DNA of 64,000 nt from an uncultured bacterium (GTDB taxonomy: Bacteria > Babelota > Babeliae > Babelales > JACPOV01), in the NCBI GenBank assembly GCA_963744715.1, contig CAVUUR010000007.1, positions 104,770-168,769 on the forward strand. Reading direction: 5' to 3'. Numbering within the stretch: position 1 is the stretch's first letter; the number at the start of each line of letters is the position of its first letter. The notes below the pieces were generated by a model. That model was not told the origin of the DNA, ran no database searches, and saw only the letters and a list, made by a program, of their open reading frames with translations. The translations under genes and the position numbers were made by a program. Positions 41,628 through 51,891 of this stretch are shown in pieces.

Positions 41628-41999
41628 ATGGGTAACGATATTTCTAGATGGTCAGGATTTTATCATGATTTTATGGGAACCGTTGAAAATAGTGGACTGG
41701 TTCAATTTGCTGAAAAAGTAGTAGATGAGCATGGATTTTACACGGCAAAAGTTACCATGGATGGTATAAAAAAAATGCGAACCTTTTTTCCTCAGCATTG
41801 GACACCCGAAAAAGTAATTAGTAAAATTCTGGAAGCTTACGACCACTTTACTAATAATGGTTCAAAAAATTATGAGCAGCTTCCTAATGGCACTTATCTA
41901 GTTACTGGATTAATTGAAGAAGGTATAGAACTCGAAATACATATAACTAAAGAAGGACAAATGACATTCATATATCCATTATTGTATAAGGGTAGTTAA
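41628..41999 (+). CDS. Orphan EndoU toxin tip 2, predicted catalytically dead
   Basis: Aligns to the toxin C-terminus; GFHH>GFYH, KTFFP>RTFFP, first His absent; AGGA RBS. Confidence 0.75.
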   Translation: MGNDISRWSGFYHDFMGTVENSGLVQFAEKVVDEHGFYTAKVTMDGIKKMRTFFPQHWTPEKVISKILEAYDHFTNNGSKNYEQLPNGTYLVTGLIEEGIELEIHITKEGQMTFIYPLLYKGS

Positions 42000-42523
42000 T
42001 GAAAAAAAATTATTTAAAAATAGCTCTTAAAGGAAATCGCTATAGTTATAAAGAAGCAAGTATTCAAGAAATGGCAATGCTTGGATGTTTTTTAACTTCT
42101 GAAGTCTTATGTTTTGGATCAACCTTTAAAGAATGGGCTCTCGATAATAATGACTTAGGTAGTTATGGAGGAAATATAATCGAACTTGAAAAAGAGGATA
42201 AATATATCGTTCTCAGTGAACAAATGTTTCAAAAAGTTAAAAAAGGGCCTTATTTTGCTATACAACAGTCGGAATTCGTTAAGCTTCTTGAAATATGGGA
42301 AAATATTTGCAATCAAAACCCTAAACCAGAACAAGTTTTTATTATCTATGATGGCCAACAATTAACGATTTCTCATAATGCAGAAATAATATGGACAAAC
42401 AATACACCTTCCAGGCAAAGGAGATTAACCGTAGGCCGTTTGTTAAATTGGCTACTCGTTGCTATGTTTTTTATGTATGAAGGAAAGCATATAATCCAAC
42501 GTTTGTTCTTCAGTCATGGCTGA
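41999..42523 (+). CDS. Orphan immunity protein 3, with C-terminal extension overlapping cmk
   Basis: Paralog (LGCFLTSEV, FKEWAL, YGGNI, EFVKLLE.WE); TAATG coupling to upstream tip. Confidence 0.8.
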   Translation: MKKNYLKIALKGNRYSYKEASIQEMAMLGCFLTSEVLCFGSTFKEWALDNNDLGSYGGNIIELEKEDKYIVLSEQMFQKVKKGPYFAIQQSEFVKLLEIWENICNQNPKPEQVFIIYDGQQLTISHNAEIIWTNNTPSRQRRLTVGRLLNWLLVAMFFMYEGKHIIQRLFFSHG

Positions 42524-43142
42524 ATTATCAACAACAATAGCATTGGTTGGAATAACCAATGGATCAATGGCACGATTACTATCGCGCTCATCACGCTCCT
42601 TAACTGCAGCGCAAGCTTCGTTGATGGATACAACAAAACCTCTGAGTTTTTGATCATGTTGCCATCTTAACGCACGCACTTGCAATGATGCTGTTAAAAA
42701 AAATTTTATCTGAGCATTGGGGAATACTACCGATCCCATATCACGACCTTCTACCACAATATCGTGACTATCGGCTATAGTTCTCTGTAATGCATATAAA
42801 GATTTTCTAACCAACACATTAGTAGCAATGAGTGATGATTGTCTATCAATTGATGCCGATTTTAAAAAAGGAGTAATTTCTGAATTATCAAAAAAAATCT
42901 TGCCGCCATGTGCACTATCGGGTAGATAAACAAAATGATCCGCTTGCAATACTTTTTCAATATCATCTGCAGTTACCTGCGTTAACCGTTCTTCTGTGTA
43001 CTGATAATACGTTGTAAAAACATACGGCCAAAGCTCGAAAAAGTAAACCACTGCTTAAATAATGTATATGCAGCACTCCCGCTAATCTACGAGCTATTGT
43101 CGATTTACCACTTGCGGTTGGGCCGTCGATAGTAATAATCAT
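42452..43142 (-). CDS. cmk: Cytidylate kinase (frameshifts near 43040-43080)
   Basis: [15 protein letters not shown] from 43142; [13 protein letters not shown] and [13 protein letters not shown] in the downstream frame. Confidence 0.9.
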
Positions 43143-44884
43143 TGCAATTCCTTGTGATTCTCAAGACCTGCAACATCTATGCCTAACAATTCTATATTTG
43201 ATTTCCCATTCCAATGATTTTCCGTAATATGCACTGCCAGATCAAACGGTTCTTCTCCCTGGGCTTTAAACTGCTCAAATAATTCAGGCGCATTAAAAAA
43301 AACCACGGGCTTTATAACGCCCTCAGAAAACACCATACATTTAACATGAAGATCTTTCATAAGAATTGGCGATTGCACTAACGTCACCTTTGGTATATAA
43401 AAAATAGGTTGTGGATTTTCATTACCGAACGGTTCTAAATATTCCATATCGGTTATCACTTTTTTAGTAACATCGAAAAGACTAACATTGGCATCGATGG
43501 TTAATTTTTGTTGTAATTCTTCAGGCGTTATTTTAGCAGCAAGTATCGCTTCTAACTTATCTTTTAACGGCTCAAGGTTTTCACGCAATAACGATAATCC
43601 TGCAGCTACCGAATGTCCTCCGAACGTTAACAATAAATCATGACATTCTGATAATGCGTCAAACATATTAAACGCAGCAATGGAACGACACGAACCTTTT
43701 GCAATACCGTCCTTAGTTATGTGCAGTAATACTACGGGCTTGCCATACGCACTCACTAAACGAGAAGCAACTAATCCTATAACTCCGGATGGCCACGCTG
43801 AACTTGCAGCAAAAATAATATTTTCTTGATCTAAATCAATCTTTTTTGTTGCTATTGCAGAAGAAATTTCTGAAAAAATAGCTTTTTCAATTTCTTTACG
43901 TGCTTGATTTAATTCCGCCAGTATCCTACCAACGTGTTCAACTTCCTGTTTATCATCACCAATTAAAAATTTCACTCCCTGGCGCGGATCTTGCAATCTT
44001 CCTAATGCATTAATTTGTGGGGTAAGTCCATACCCAATATCAGAAGCTGATAATTTGTCTTTCACAACCTTACCATTTTGTTTTAGCACTTTAAAGGCAT
44101 GGCTTTCTATCTGATTAATATACTGTAATCCATAGCGAACCCAGAAACGATTTTCACCGGTTAAAGGAACTACATCGGCAATGGTTCCTAAGAGCAATAA
44201 TTCGAATGCTTTTGATGGCATTTGAACTGCTAAATCTTCATACAGTAATGAAAGTACTTTAAACGTTACGCCAACACCTGCAAATTTTTTATATGGATAT
44301 TTGCAATCAGTTTGATGCGGATTGACCACCGCATATGCCACAGGAATTTCTTCATGCGGACGATGGTGATCAGTAATAATAAGATCAATTCCTAGTTCTT
44401 GCGCCTTTTTAGCTGGTTGAAAAGCTGTAATGCCATTATCAACGGTAATAATTAATGAATAACCGTTATGCGCAGCTCGCTCAACAACTTCAACAGAAAG
44501 TCCATAGCCATCTTTCATTCGATTTGGCAAGAAAAAATTGATCTGGGCACCCACTGGTTTTAGACACAACATCATTAACGCACTCGATGTAATACCATCA
44601 ACGTCATAATCACCAAATATTAGAATTTTTTCTTGATTATTAATTGCCCGTATAATCCGAGCAACTGCCTTCTGTGCATCTTTAAGCAGTGCTGGATGTG
44701 CAACATCTTTTTCTAATGAGGTAAAAAGATAATTTTCTACATCTTCTATAGTAGTAAATCCACGTGACACCAAGGTTTGAGCAACTGCTATAGAAAGATT
44801 AAATTTAGTTGCAATAGCTAGAATCCGTTGATGATCAATATCGGGTATATTCCAGAGATACTTTTGACCGCGTATGATACGCAT
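43139..44884 (-). CDS. recJ: ssDNA exonuclease RecJ
   Basis: [33 protein letters not shown]. Confidence 0.96.
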   Translation of the reverse strand: MRIIRGQKYLWNIPDIDHQRILAIATKFNLSIAVAQTLVSRGFTTIEDVENYLFTSLEKDVAHPALLKDAQKAVARIIRAINNQEKILIFGDYDVDGITSSALMMLCLKPVGAQINFFLPNRMKDGYGLSVEVVERAAHNGYSLIITVDNGITAFQPAKKAQELGIDLIITDHHRPHEEIPVAYAVVNPHQTDCKYPYKKFAGVGVTFKVLSLLYEDLAVQMPSKAFELLLLGTIADVVPLTGENRFWVRYGLQYINQIESHAFKVLKQNGKVVKDKLSASDIGYGLTPQINALGRLQDPRQGVKFLIGDDKQEVEHVGRILAELNQARKEIEKAIFSEISSAIATKKIDLDQENIIFAASSAWPSGVIGLVASRLVSAYGKPVVLLHITKDGIAKGSCRSIAAFNMFDALSECHDLLLTFGGHSVAAGLSLLRENLEPLKDKLEAILAAKITPEELQQKLTIDANVSLFDVTKKVITDMEYLEPFGNENPQPIFYIPKVTLVQSPILMKDLHVKCMVFSEGVIKPVVFFNAPELFEQFKAQGEEPFDLAVHITENHWNGKSNIELLGIDVAGLENHKELQ

Positions 44885-44966
44885 TAATGCCCTATGCCAT
44901 AAATATACTTAATTAATAACTGTTCTATTGTACAAAAAGTTAAGGAAAATTAACAGTACTAGCTTC

Positions 44967-46811
44967 TTAGCTTCCAAACTCGAATTTGTCTTGCTCTATA
45001 CGTTCTTCAATGAGTTCCAAAAACAAATCATTATGCATCATTACATTAAGTTGTCCCACTAATGATAGCTGCTCAAATTGGTTCAAAGAATAGTTAAAAT
45101 TAAAGGTACTGCAGTATCCCTCATCAAGACATTCTTGTACATTAAATTCCGAGAGATTTAATTTTTCAATTTGTGCAGCAAGTTTTGGATCCTCTTGGGC
45201 ACGCGTAATAAGATCATCATCTTTAAGGAAATTAATATATATAATAATTGGAGCATTATTACTAGATGATCGATATACCTGCACGGTTTTATCACTCTTT
45301 TCTTCATCTTTTGCATAGGTAATCTTGTACACACGTTCAAGGTCCGCGAATGCTTTTTTTAATTCATCAGCACTTTCTACATTGCTTGATCCATCACCAA
45401 CAAAAATAATATCTAATTGTCTATCGGGCCTAAATAAAGGTCTCAGTGGAATATTATAGGCTATTCCTGCATCGATAAAGGTTAAGAGATCACGATCATG
45501 CAACCAGCTTCCAACTCCTTCATAGCCTTTAAACGGATTATTAATCGACGCTGGCGCTGCACGTTTTTTTCCTATTCTTGTATCACCTAAACTGATAAGA
45601 ACGCGTTCTACCAATGCATTCTTCATCCTCTGAAAAATTGAAGGATTTTCGGACAGGGCAACGACTTTTTCTTCATCCCCCTCTTGCTCATCCTGTACAA
45701 CCTCAAGTAATAGCTCTGCACCTTTCTTATCGAGGCCATCTCCTAACATTATTCTTTTAAGATCGTTAAGATTAACCGCAAATGCAGATCCAAAAATACC
45801 CATTAAAAATCCAAAACTTTGTTCGGGAGCAAAATCTTGCGATTTTCCCGCATTAAAAGATCTACCAAATGCAAAAGCAGGTAATGCTATATCCAATTCC
45901 AGATTCCTGATTTCTTCAGGATTAAATTCGTACCAATTATACATATATACATGTTCCGCCAAACTATGCATTGAAACTGCTGTATAAATAGGCCAAGGCG
46001 CCGCACCTGATTTAATATGAAAATATTGATCAGAAAGATGTTTTCTCTGTTGATAAGCCCCAAAATCCGATAGTAAAGCATGCGCGAGTAGTGCGCCGTA
46101 AAAATCCACAGAACTTATCGGTTGTCCAAAAACAACTTTAGGAAAAATAATATCATTGGCTACACGATCTTTACTAAAAGATAAAATATTATTTTTACTA
46201 ACCGGGTTAAAAATATCGACTTCTATTTTTTGTTTGAGTTTATTATTAAATGCCTCAACAGATAATGACCGTTCAGCCGACTGCATAAATACATAAGGGC
46301 CAATCCACCAGGAAGAACCTGAAAGGCCAACCATATATTGTGCTGCATCAAAAATACCTAGCTCCTCAAACCCTTTTAGATAAGCGCTGGTTAATATCAT
46401 TGCTCTATAGCCACCACCACTAAATACAAAACCTATTCTTGGTATTGCATTATGGGGTATTTGCAATCCCGTATATTTTTGCAAAGCTATTCTCGTTTTT
46501 TCAAGGCGATTACTAAGGAATTCTCCTTCCAATGAATATCCTGGATCAAGTCTTTTTGTATTTGCATACAATGCAGCGGGCCTATTACGATTTGGGTCTT
46601 TTGCCATGAGCTGTTGTATGACATTTTCCTTGAATTTATATACTAATTGCAGTACGTGCTCAATGTCTTCTAAACGTATTTTACTAAGGCGTTCTAAACT
46701 ATTTTCAATTAATGTATCGCTAAGATCTTTTGAAATACTTTGTTGAATATAGGTCCAACGTACAAGAACAAAAAACGCAACACCGCTTAAAAAAATTATT
46801 CTCTTTTTCAT
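44967..46811 (-). CDS. cPLA2/phospholipase B-type (PLA2c) lipase with N-terminal anchor
   Basis: FSGGGYRAM, GLSGSSW, PWPIYTAV, WYEFNP, DAGIAYNIP. Confidence 0.85.
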   Translation of the reverse strand: MKKRIIFLSGVAFFVLVRWTYIQQSISKDLSDTLIENSLERLSKIRLEDIEHVLQLVYKFKENVIQQLMAKDPNRNRPAALYANTKRLDPGYSLEGEFLSNRLEKTRIALQKYTGLQIPHNAIPRIGFVFSGGGYRAMILTSAYLKGFEELGIFDAAQYMVGLSGSSWWIGPYVFMQSAERSLSVEAFNNKLKQKIEVDIFNPVSKNNILSFSKDRVANDIIFPKVVFGQPISSVDFYGALLAHALLSDFGAYQQRKHLSDQYFHIKSGAAPWPIYTAVSMHSLAEHVYMYNWYEFNPEEIRNLELDIALPAFAFGRSFNAGKSQDFAPEQSFGFLMGIFGSAFAVNLNDLKRIMLGDGLDKKGAELLLEVVQDEQEGDEEKVVALSENPSIFQRMKNALVERVLISLGDTRIGKKRAAPASINNPFKGYEGVGSWLHDRDLLTFIDAGIAYNIPLRPLFRPDRQLDIIFVGDGSSNVESADELKKAFADLERVYKITYAKDEEKSDKTVQVYRSSSNNAPIIIYINFLKDDDLITRAQEDPKLAAQIEKLNLSEFNVQECLDEGYCSTFNFNYSLNQFEQLSLVGQLNVMMHNDLFLELIEERIEQDKFEFGS

Positions 46812-47054
46812 TACAGTCCCTTATATCACCATAAATAGGCGAACTTGCTTTCTGTATTTACTGTAGAAAACTATAGCCCGCATGGTCAATAAATTGCAAA
46901 TATGCATAGAAAAGACAAGTTGGCATCGGCAATGCCACGGGTAAAACATACTTTAATGGTTCAAAACAAGAAGTAATTGATCATAAGATTTATTATTGAT
47001 ACTATAAACCTGTTTTTATGATTAATTGTTTATTATTAATAAAAGGAAGTTGAC

Positions 47055-47831
47055 ATGAATCATGGTTACAAAAAAAGCTTATTACTAACGATAGTTAATT
47101 ATTTTATGGTATCTCTTCATTGCTATGCAATACCGGAACATGCCGAATCAAAAGATTTTGTTTATCTTGACCAGATAGATCCAACAATTCTTGTTTCTCT
47201 ACGGTATAATACCGATGAAAATTTTGTGGGAACAGCTGTTGATGGTTATAAAAAATCAGTTGTAATTCTAACGAAAAAAGCAGCTGAGGCCTTAAAAAAT
47301 GTACAGGAAGAAGTTCGTAAGGATGGCTACTGTTTAGTTATTTATGATGCATATCGCCCACAAAAAGCGGTTGATCATTTTGTACGATGGAGCGCGAACG
47401 CTACGGAACAATGCAAAAAAGATAGTTATTACCCTTATGTAAATAAAGCTAAAACCTTTGAACTTGGATACATAGGGGAACGTTCAGGGCATAGTAGAGG
47501 AAGCACGGTGGACCTAACGCTTATTAAATACGGTGAAGTTCCTCATGCACTTCAAGAATCAAAACGTACCCTATTAGATGGCCGTTTAATTACATTCTTG
47601 GATGATGGCACGGTCGATATGGGATCTTCATTTGATTTATTTGATGAAGCTTCACATAGTGAAAACAATCTTATTGAAGAATCATACAAGGAACATAGAG
47701 TCTATTTAAAAACGGTTATGGAAAAGCATGGGTTTAAAGCTTACTCCAAAGAGTGGTGGCATTTTACCTTACAAGATGAGCCCTTTTGTGCCAATCAAGA
47801 TGCTAGTTACTTTAATTTTGACATAGAGTAA
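47055..47831 (+). CDS. ddpX: D-Ala-D-Ala dipeptidase (M15D, VanX/DdpX)
   Basis: YDAYRP, SGHSRGSTVD, DMGSSFD, EWWHF; signal peptide. Confidence 0.92.
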   Translation: MNHGYKKSLLLTIVNYFMVSLHCYAIPEHAESKDFVYLDQIDPTILVSLRYNTDENFVGTAVDGYKKSVVILTKKAAEALKNVQEEVRKDGYCLVIYDAYRPQKAVDHFVRWSANATEQCKKDSYYPYVNKAKTFELGYIGERSGHSRGSTVDLTLIKYGEVPHALQESKRTLLDGRLITFLDDGTVDMGSSFDLFDEASHSENNLIEESYKEHRVYLKTVMEKHGFKAYSKEWWHFTLQDEPFCANQDASYFNFDIE

Positions 47832-48276
47832 AGAATAAAAAAGTCACACCCTTTGTCAGAGACAATGTTACTTAAATTGAGATACATTCATGTATCTTAC
47901 ACTTTGATTATCCGCATATGCGTAATTGAAAGTTAAGATACCTTTTTTGTTAAATAGTAAGATGTACCATAAAGGGTATGACGATAGTTTTTATAAAGAT
48001 AAGATATAAATTAAATAAAAAATCTTTCATAATTACAGTATGCCAAATTTTTTTAAAAAAGTCAATCACAGAGAAATTGTTCCTAAAATAACACATTTTT
48101 ACCTTAAAAATTCTGGTGAACGTTCCCTGTAAGCAGATACATTCCAATCACCTCAATATATATACTTTTAAACTGAAAAATAGTTTGTATGCCAATGCTA
48201 ATATGTGCTATTATTACATTAGTTACTCGTAACTCTTTTTTACCGTTGATCAACTATATAAGGAGCCTATAATAGC

Positions 48277-49309
48277 ATGGAAAGGCTTTGCTAGCGATAA
48301 TTGCAGGTATTCATCCGGATATTTTAAAAGCCATTAGTGATGCAAACCAAGGACATAGCAAGGCATATGGCGCTGACAGCTATACCCAAGAGGCAATCGC
48401 CCTATTTAAACAACATTTTGGTGATAATATTGACGTTTACTTTGTATGCAATGGAACTGCTGCAAACGTACTCAGTTTAAATACCTTAATTAAATCCTAT
48501 CAAGGAGTAATATGCGCCGATTCAGCACATATTAACGTTGATGAATGTGGCGCGCCAGAAAATTATACCGGCTGCAAGCTACTCACAGTACCTACAAAGG
48601 ATGGTAAGCTTACTATTAAAGATATTAAGCACCATTTGATTAACCTTGGTGATCAACATAAAGTTCAGCCAAAAATTATATCGATTACACAAAGCACTGA
48701 ATTGGGGGGACCCTTTATACTCTTGAAGAAATCAAAACAATAACTGACTTTGCTCATGAAAACAATCTTTTCGTACATATGGATGGAGCACGTTTAAGTA
48801 ACGCTGTTGTCGGTTTAAACACAAGCCTAGCGGCTATCACAAAAGACGTTGGCATTGATGTGCTTTGTTTTGGTGGAACAAAGGATGGTATGATGCTTGG
48901 TGAAGCTGTAATATTTTTCAATAAAGAACTCTCTAAAGATTTTCAATATATTCGCAAACAAAGCATGCAGCTGATTTCCAAAATGCGGTTTATTTCAGCA
49001 CAATTTATTGCACTCTTAAGTAATAATTTATGGTTTAAAAACGCTCAGCATGCCAATGCCATGGCACAACTCTTAGCTAGCGAAATAAAAAAAATTCCCC
49101 AAATCAAAATGAGCAAAAATGTTGAAGCTAATGCAGTGTTTGCCTACATTGATAAAACATTGATTCCCTTATTGCAAAAAAAATATTATTTTTATGTTTG
49201 GGATGAAACAACGTCCGAAGTTCGTTGGATGACCTCATGGGATACCACCAAAGAAGATATTTTAAATTTTGTTGCACATATAAAGGAAATTCTAGCAGCA
49301 AAGAACTAA
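48277..49309 (+). CDS. ltaE: Low-specificity L-threonine aldolase (frameshifted near 48280, 48300 and 48710)
   Basis: FASDN..GIHP, AYGAD, NGTAAN, HINVDECGAPE, MDGARL, FGGTK, SKMRF. Confidence 0.88.
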
Positions 49310-49353
49310 TCGGCAACCATACAGCTTGACACAAATGTTTTTACATTAGGCAA

Positions 49354-50001
49354 TTAAGCATGTTTTCCATTCATTGCATCATACCAATTATTTTCTAGCT
49401 CTTCCGTTAGCTTGCCTTCTTTTTTTAAATCATCCCAGATATCTTCAAAACGATCACTAATCAATTCTTCTTTATAGATTAGATAAAGAAGGGCTGCTTG
49501 AAGATTTTCGGTTCTAGCTTTTTGCCAAGCTTCTTCGGCAGAAAGTTTTTCATCTACACTTAGTATGGGGGGTAGATAATAGTCTTTAAAATTTATCTCT
49601 TCTTTAGGTTTGTTTAAATCCGGGGTTAGTGGTCCTTGCAAGATAAACTTTTTTTGAATAGCAATAGCGCGTTTTTGCGCCTCTTCAATAACTGTTTCAT
49701 TTTTTTTCAGTTTCTTAAGGCCCCGAGCCTTTATTATACCTAATATTTCCTTCTCCTGAGAATTTATATGTTTCCCCTTCAGAAGAAAATCTACTTGTTT
49801 GGCAAAAGACTCAGATTCTTGCGCTTCTTTTTCTTTCTTAGTGGAATCAATCTTATTAGTTGGTTCAAACCACATGCTAGGAAAACTGGCATTAACTATA
49901 AAAAATGCTAAACCAAGAAATAATCTCATAAAAATATTCATAACAAAAATCTCCTTACAAAGTCTCCAACCATATATTGAGTTGATTAGGTGATTGATCA
50001 A
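49354..50001 (-). CDS. Hypothetical exported Lys/Glu-rich protein (likely start about 49941)
   Basis: AAGGAG RBS before MNIFMRL; signal peptide. Confidence 0.7.
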   Translation of the reverse strand: MINHLINSIYGWRLCKEIFVMNIFMRLFLGLAFFIVNASFPSMWFEPTNKIDSTKKEKEAQESESFAKQVDFLLKGKHINSQEKEILGIIKARGLKKLKKNETVIEEAQKRAIAIQKKFILQGPLTPDLNKPKEEINFKDYYLPPILSVDEKLSAEEAWQKARTENLQAALLYLIYKEELISDRFEDIWDDLKKEGKLTEELENNWYDAMNGKHA

Positions 50002-50457
50002 CCCATTTCAAATTATTTTTTGCAAATAAACATTAGATTATCATTAAGATTTATTAAAAAATCAATAACTTTTCTTACACTATTTTTACAAAAAAATTGA
50101 ATTTCCATTCAGTAATTATTATATCTTATTTGAAATAAAAAATAAAAAGACTACTGATATAAATTTAAAAAAATTGATAATAAAAAGCTATTCACTAATA
50201 ATCCTTATTAAATGCATACAGAAAAATATGTACCTATATTAGGACAAATATAATTTATTAATTCTCTATTAAGTAATAAAAACAACAAAAAATCATATAA
50301 ATGATTGCAAATAATTAGAATTAGAATATAATAAAATGAAGTCGTTGTTTTTTTCTGCATAAAGAATAATATATAACTGGCTTTAAAATATTGCTTATTA
50401 ATGGTAACTACGCTATATAATACATAACACTGAGATCTTAGATAAGGTATTCTAATC

Positions 50458-51891
50458 ATGACAAGCCATAAAAAACTGTTTAATCGTTGTAGCATTACTC
50501 TATTGCTCAGTTTTTTTATTAGTTCAACTATTGATAGCGATTTTGATACTAAGGAATCATCGTTATATATATCACAATCAATCAATGAACCTGTGCATAA
50601 CGCTCAGAATATTGCTGAGGACGCTCTATCAACCACGGCGTCATCTAACAATGATACATCGCCGCAAACAGAATCCTGTCAAGAACCGGTGTGCATAACC
50701 ATTTTTGTTCATGGCATTATTAGCGTTAAACCTCATTTATCGTTTGGTAATGTTATACGGTTAATGCGTGATAAAATTGCAAATTCAAGCTACGCAAGAA
50801 CAGTAGAAATTATTCGAAAAAATCCATTTTTTTACCAACATCATCCAATGCAGGGACTTGGGTTAAAAGAAATAGACATGAATTGTATAGAAAAAGGTAC
50901 TGCTTCCACTGCATTTGCACGGTCATTTGATAGTATTTCTAATTATATAAAACCTTCTCCTATAAAAAATTTTTATTATACCTTTGGTTGGTCAGGATTA
51001 TTAAGCCCACGCATGCGTTATTTGGAGGCAAAAATATTCTACCAATCCATTGTAAAACTTATCGAAGAATTTCGTGCACGTGGTATGACGCCAAAAATTC
51101 GAGTCGTTGGTTATAGCCATGGTGGTAATGTCGCTTTAAGACTCGCTTCTGTACATGATAATAAAAAACATAATAATCCATTAATGAGCATTGATGAACT
51201 TATTTTGATTGGTGTTCCTATTCTTCCCGATACTCATTTTTTAGTAAGTAATTCTACTTTTAAACGGATTTATCATTTTTATTCTTTTGGCGATCGCATT
51301 CAAAATTTAGATTGCTTTGCACTTAATCGTTTTTTTTCTGATCGAGTTTTTTATGGAAAATCCGATCGAAAACTACCCGATAAATTAATACAAATTCAAC
51401 TAAAAATAAAAAGGCCTATGGCTTATTCTTATAAAAAATATACAGAATCAAAAAACTTAAGAAATTCTAGGTTACGCAATGCTGATCCAGGTCATTCTGA
51501 GTTTTGGTCATTTGGCTGGACACATGCCAACTATCGAGAAAATTTTCCTTTTTATCCATTACCTATGACCATTTTTACCCCGTTTATTATCCAAACGTTG
51601 GATAGTATAAACATAACTTCCGGTAGCGTTGTTGTGGAAATTCATCCACATCAAGAAAACTTTTTTATCGTCGATACATCAAATACCATCACCATGCCCT
51701 TTATTACCAGTTCGTATCTCAATGATCTAAAAAAATACGCTGAACAATTTAGGCCCGATAATTATTCAGCAAAAGAATATAATGCGCGAATACAGGAAGC
51801 AATAGTTGCAGGAAAAAAAGAATCTAGAAAAGAAAGAACTGAACAAAAGTCACCACGAAAAAGACGTCTCAAAAAACAATCATTAAAATGA
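50458..51891 (+). CDS. Exported alpha/beta-hydrolase-like protein
   Basis: Signal peptide; IFVHG, FGWSG, VGYSHGGN nucleophile elbow; PGHSE. Confidence 0.7.
   Translation: MTSHKKLFNRCSITLLLSFFISSTIDSDFDTKESSLYISQSINEPVHNAQNIAEDALSTTASSNNDTSPQTESCQEPVCITIFVHGIISVKPHLSFGNVIRLMRDKIANSSYARTVEIIRKNPFFYQHHPMQGLGLKEIDMNCIEKGTASTAFARSFDSISNYIKPSPIKNFYYTFGWSGLLSPRMRYLEAKIFYQSIVKLIEEFRARGMTPKIRVVGYSHGGNVALRLASVHDNKKHNNPLMSIDELILIGVPILPDTHFLVSNSTFKRIYHFYSFGDRIQNLDCFALNRFFSDRVFYGKSDRKLPDKLIQIQLKIKRPMAYSYKKYTESKNLRNSRLRNADPGHSEFWSFGWTHANYRENFPFYPLPMTIFTPFIIQTLDSINITSGSVVVEIHPHQENFFIVDTSNTITMPFITSSYLNDLKKYAEQFRPDNYSAKEYNARIQEAIVAGKKESRKERTEQKSPRKRRLKKQSLK

Noticed and set aside
40375..42380. Repeats as a CRISPR array or diversity-generating retroelement template/variable pair
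   Set aside because: The units are gene-sized coding duplications without spacers, differences are not adenine-specific, and no RT or cas gene is in the window.
47055..47831. Vancomycin resistance cluster
   Set aside because: Lone VanX/DdpX-family gene with no vanHA or vanRS neighbours.
47832..48276. Glycine or other riboswitch upstream of ltaE
   Set aside because: No recognisable aptamer consensus; only short hairpins in AT-rich DNA.
50208..50585. 125-aa minus-strand ORF
   Set aside because: Low-complexity AT-rich intergenic sequence partly antisense to the hydrolase gene; no support for coding.
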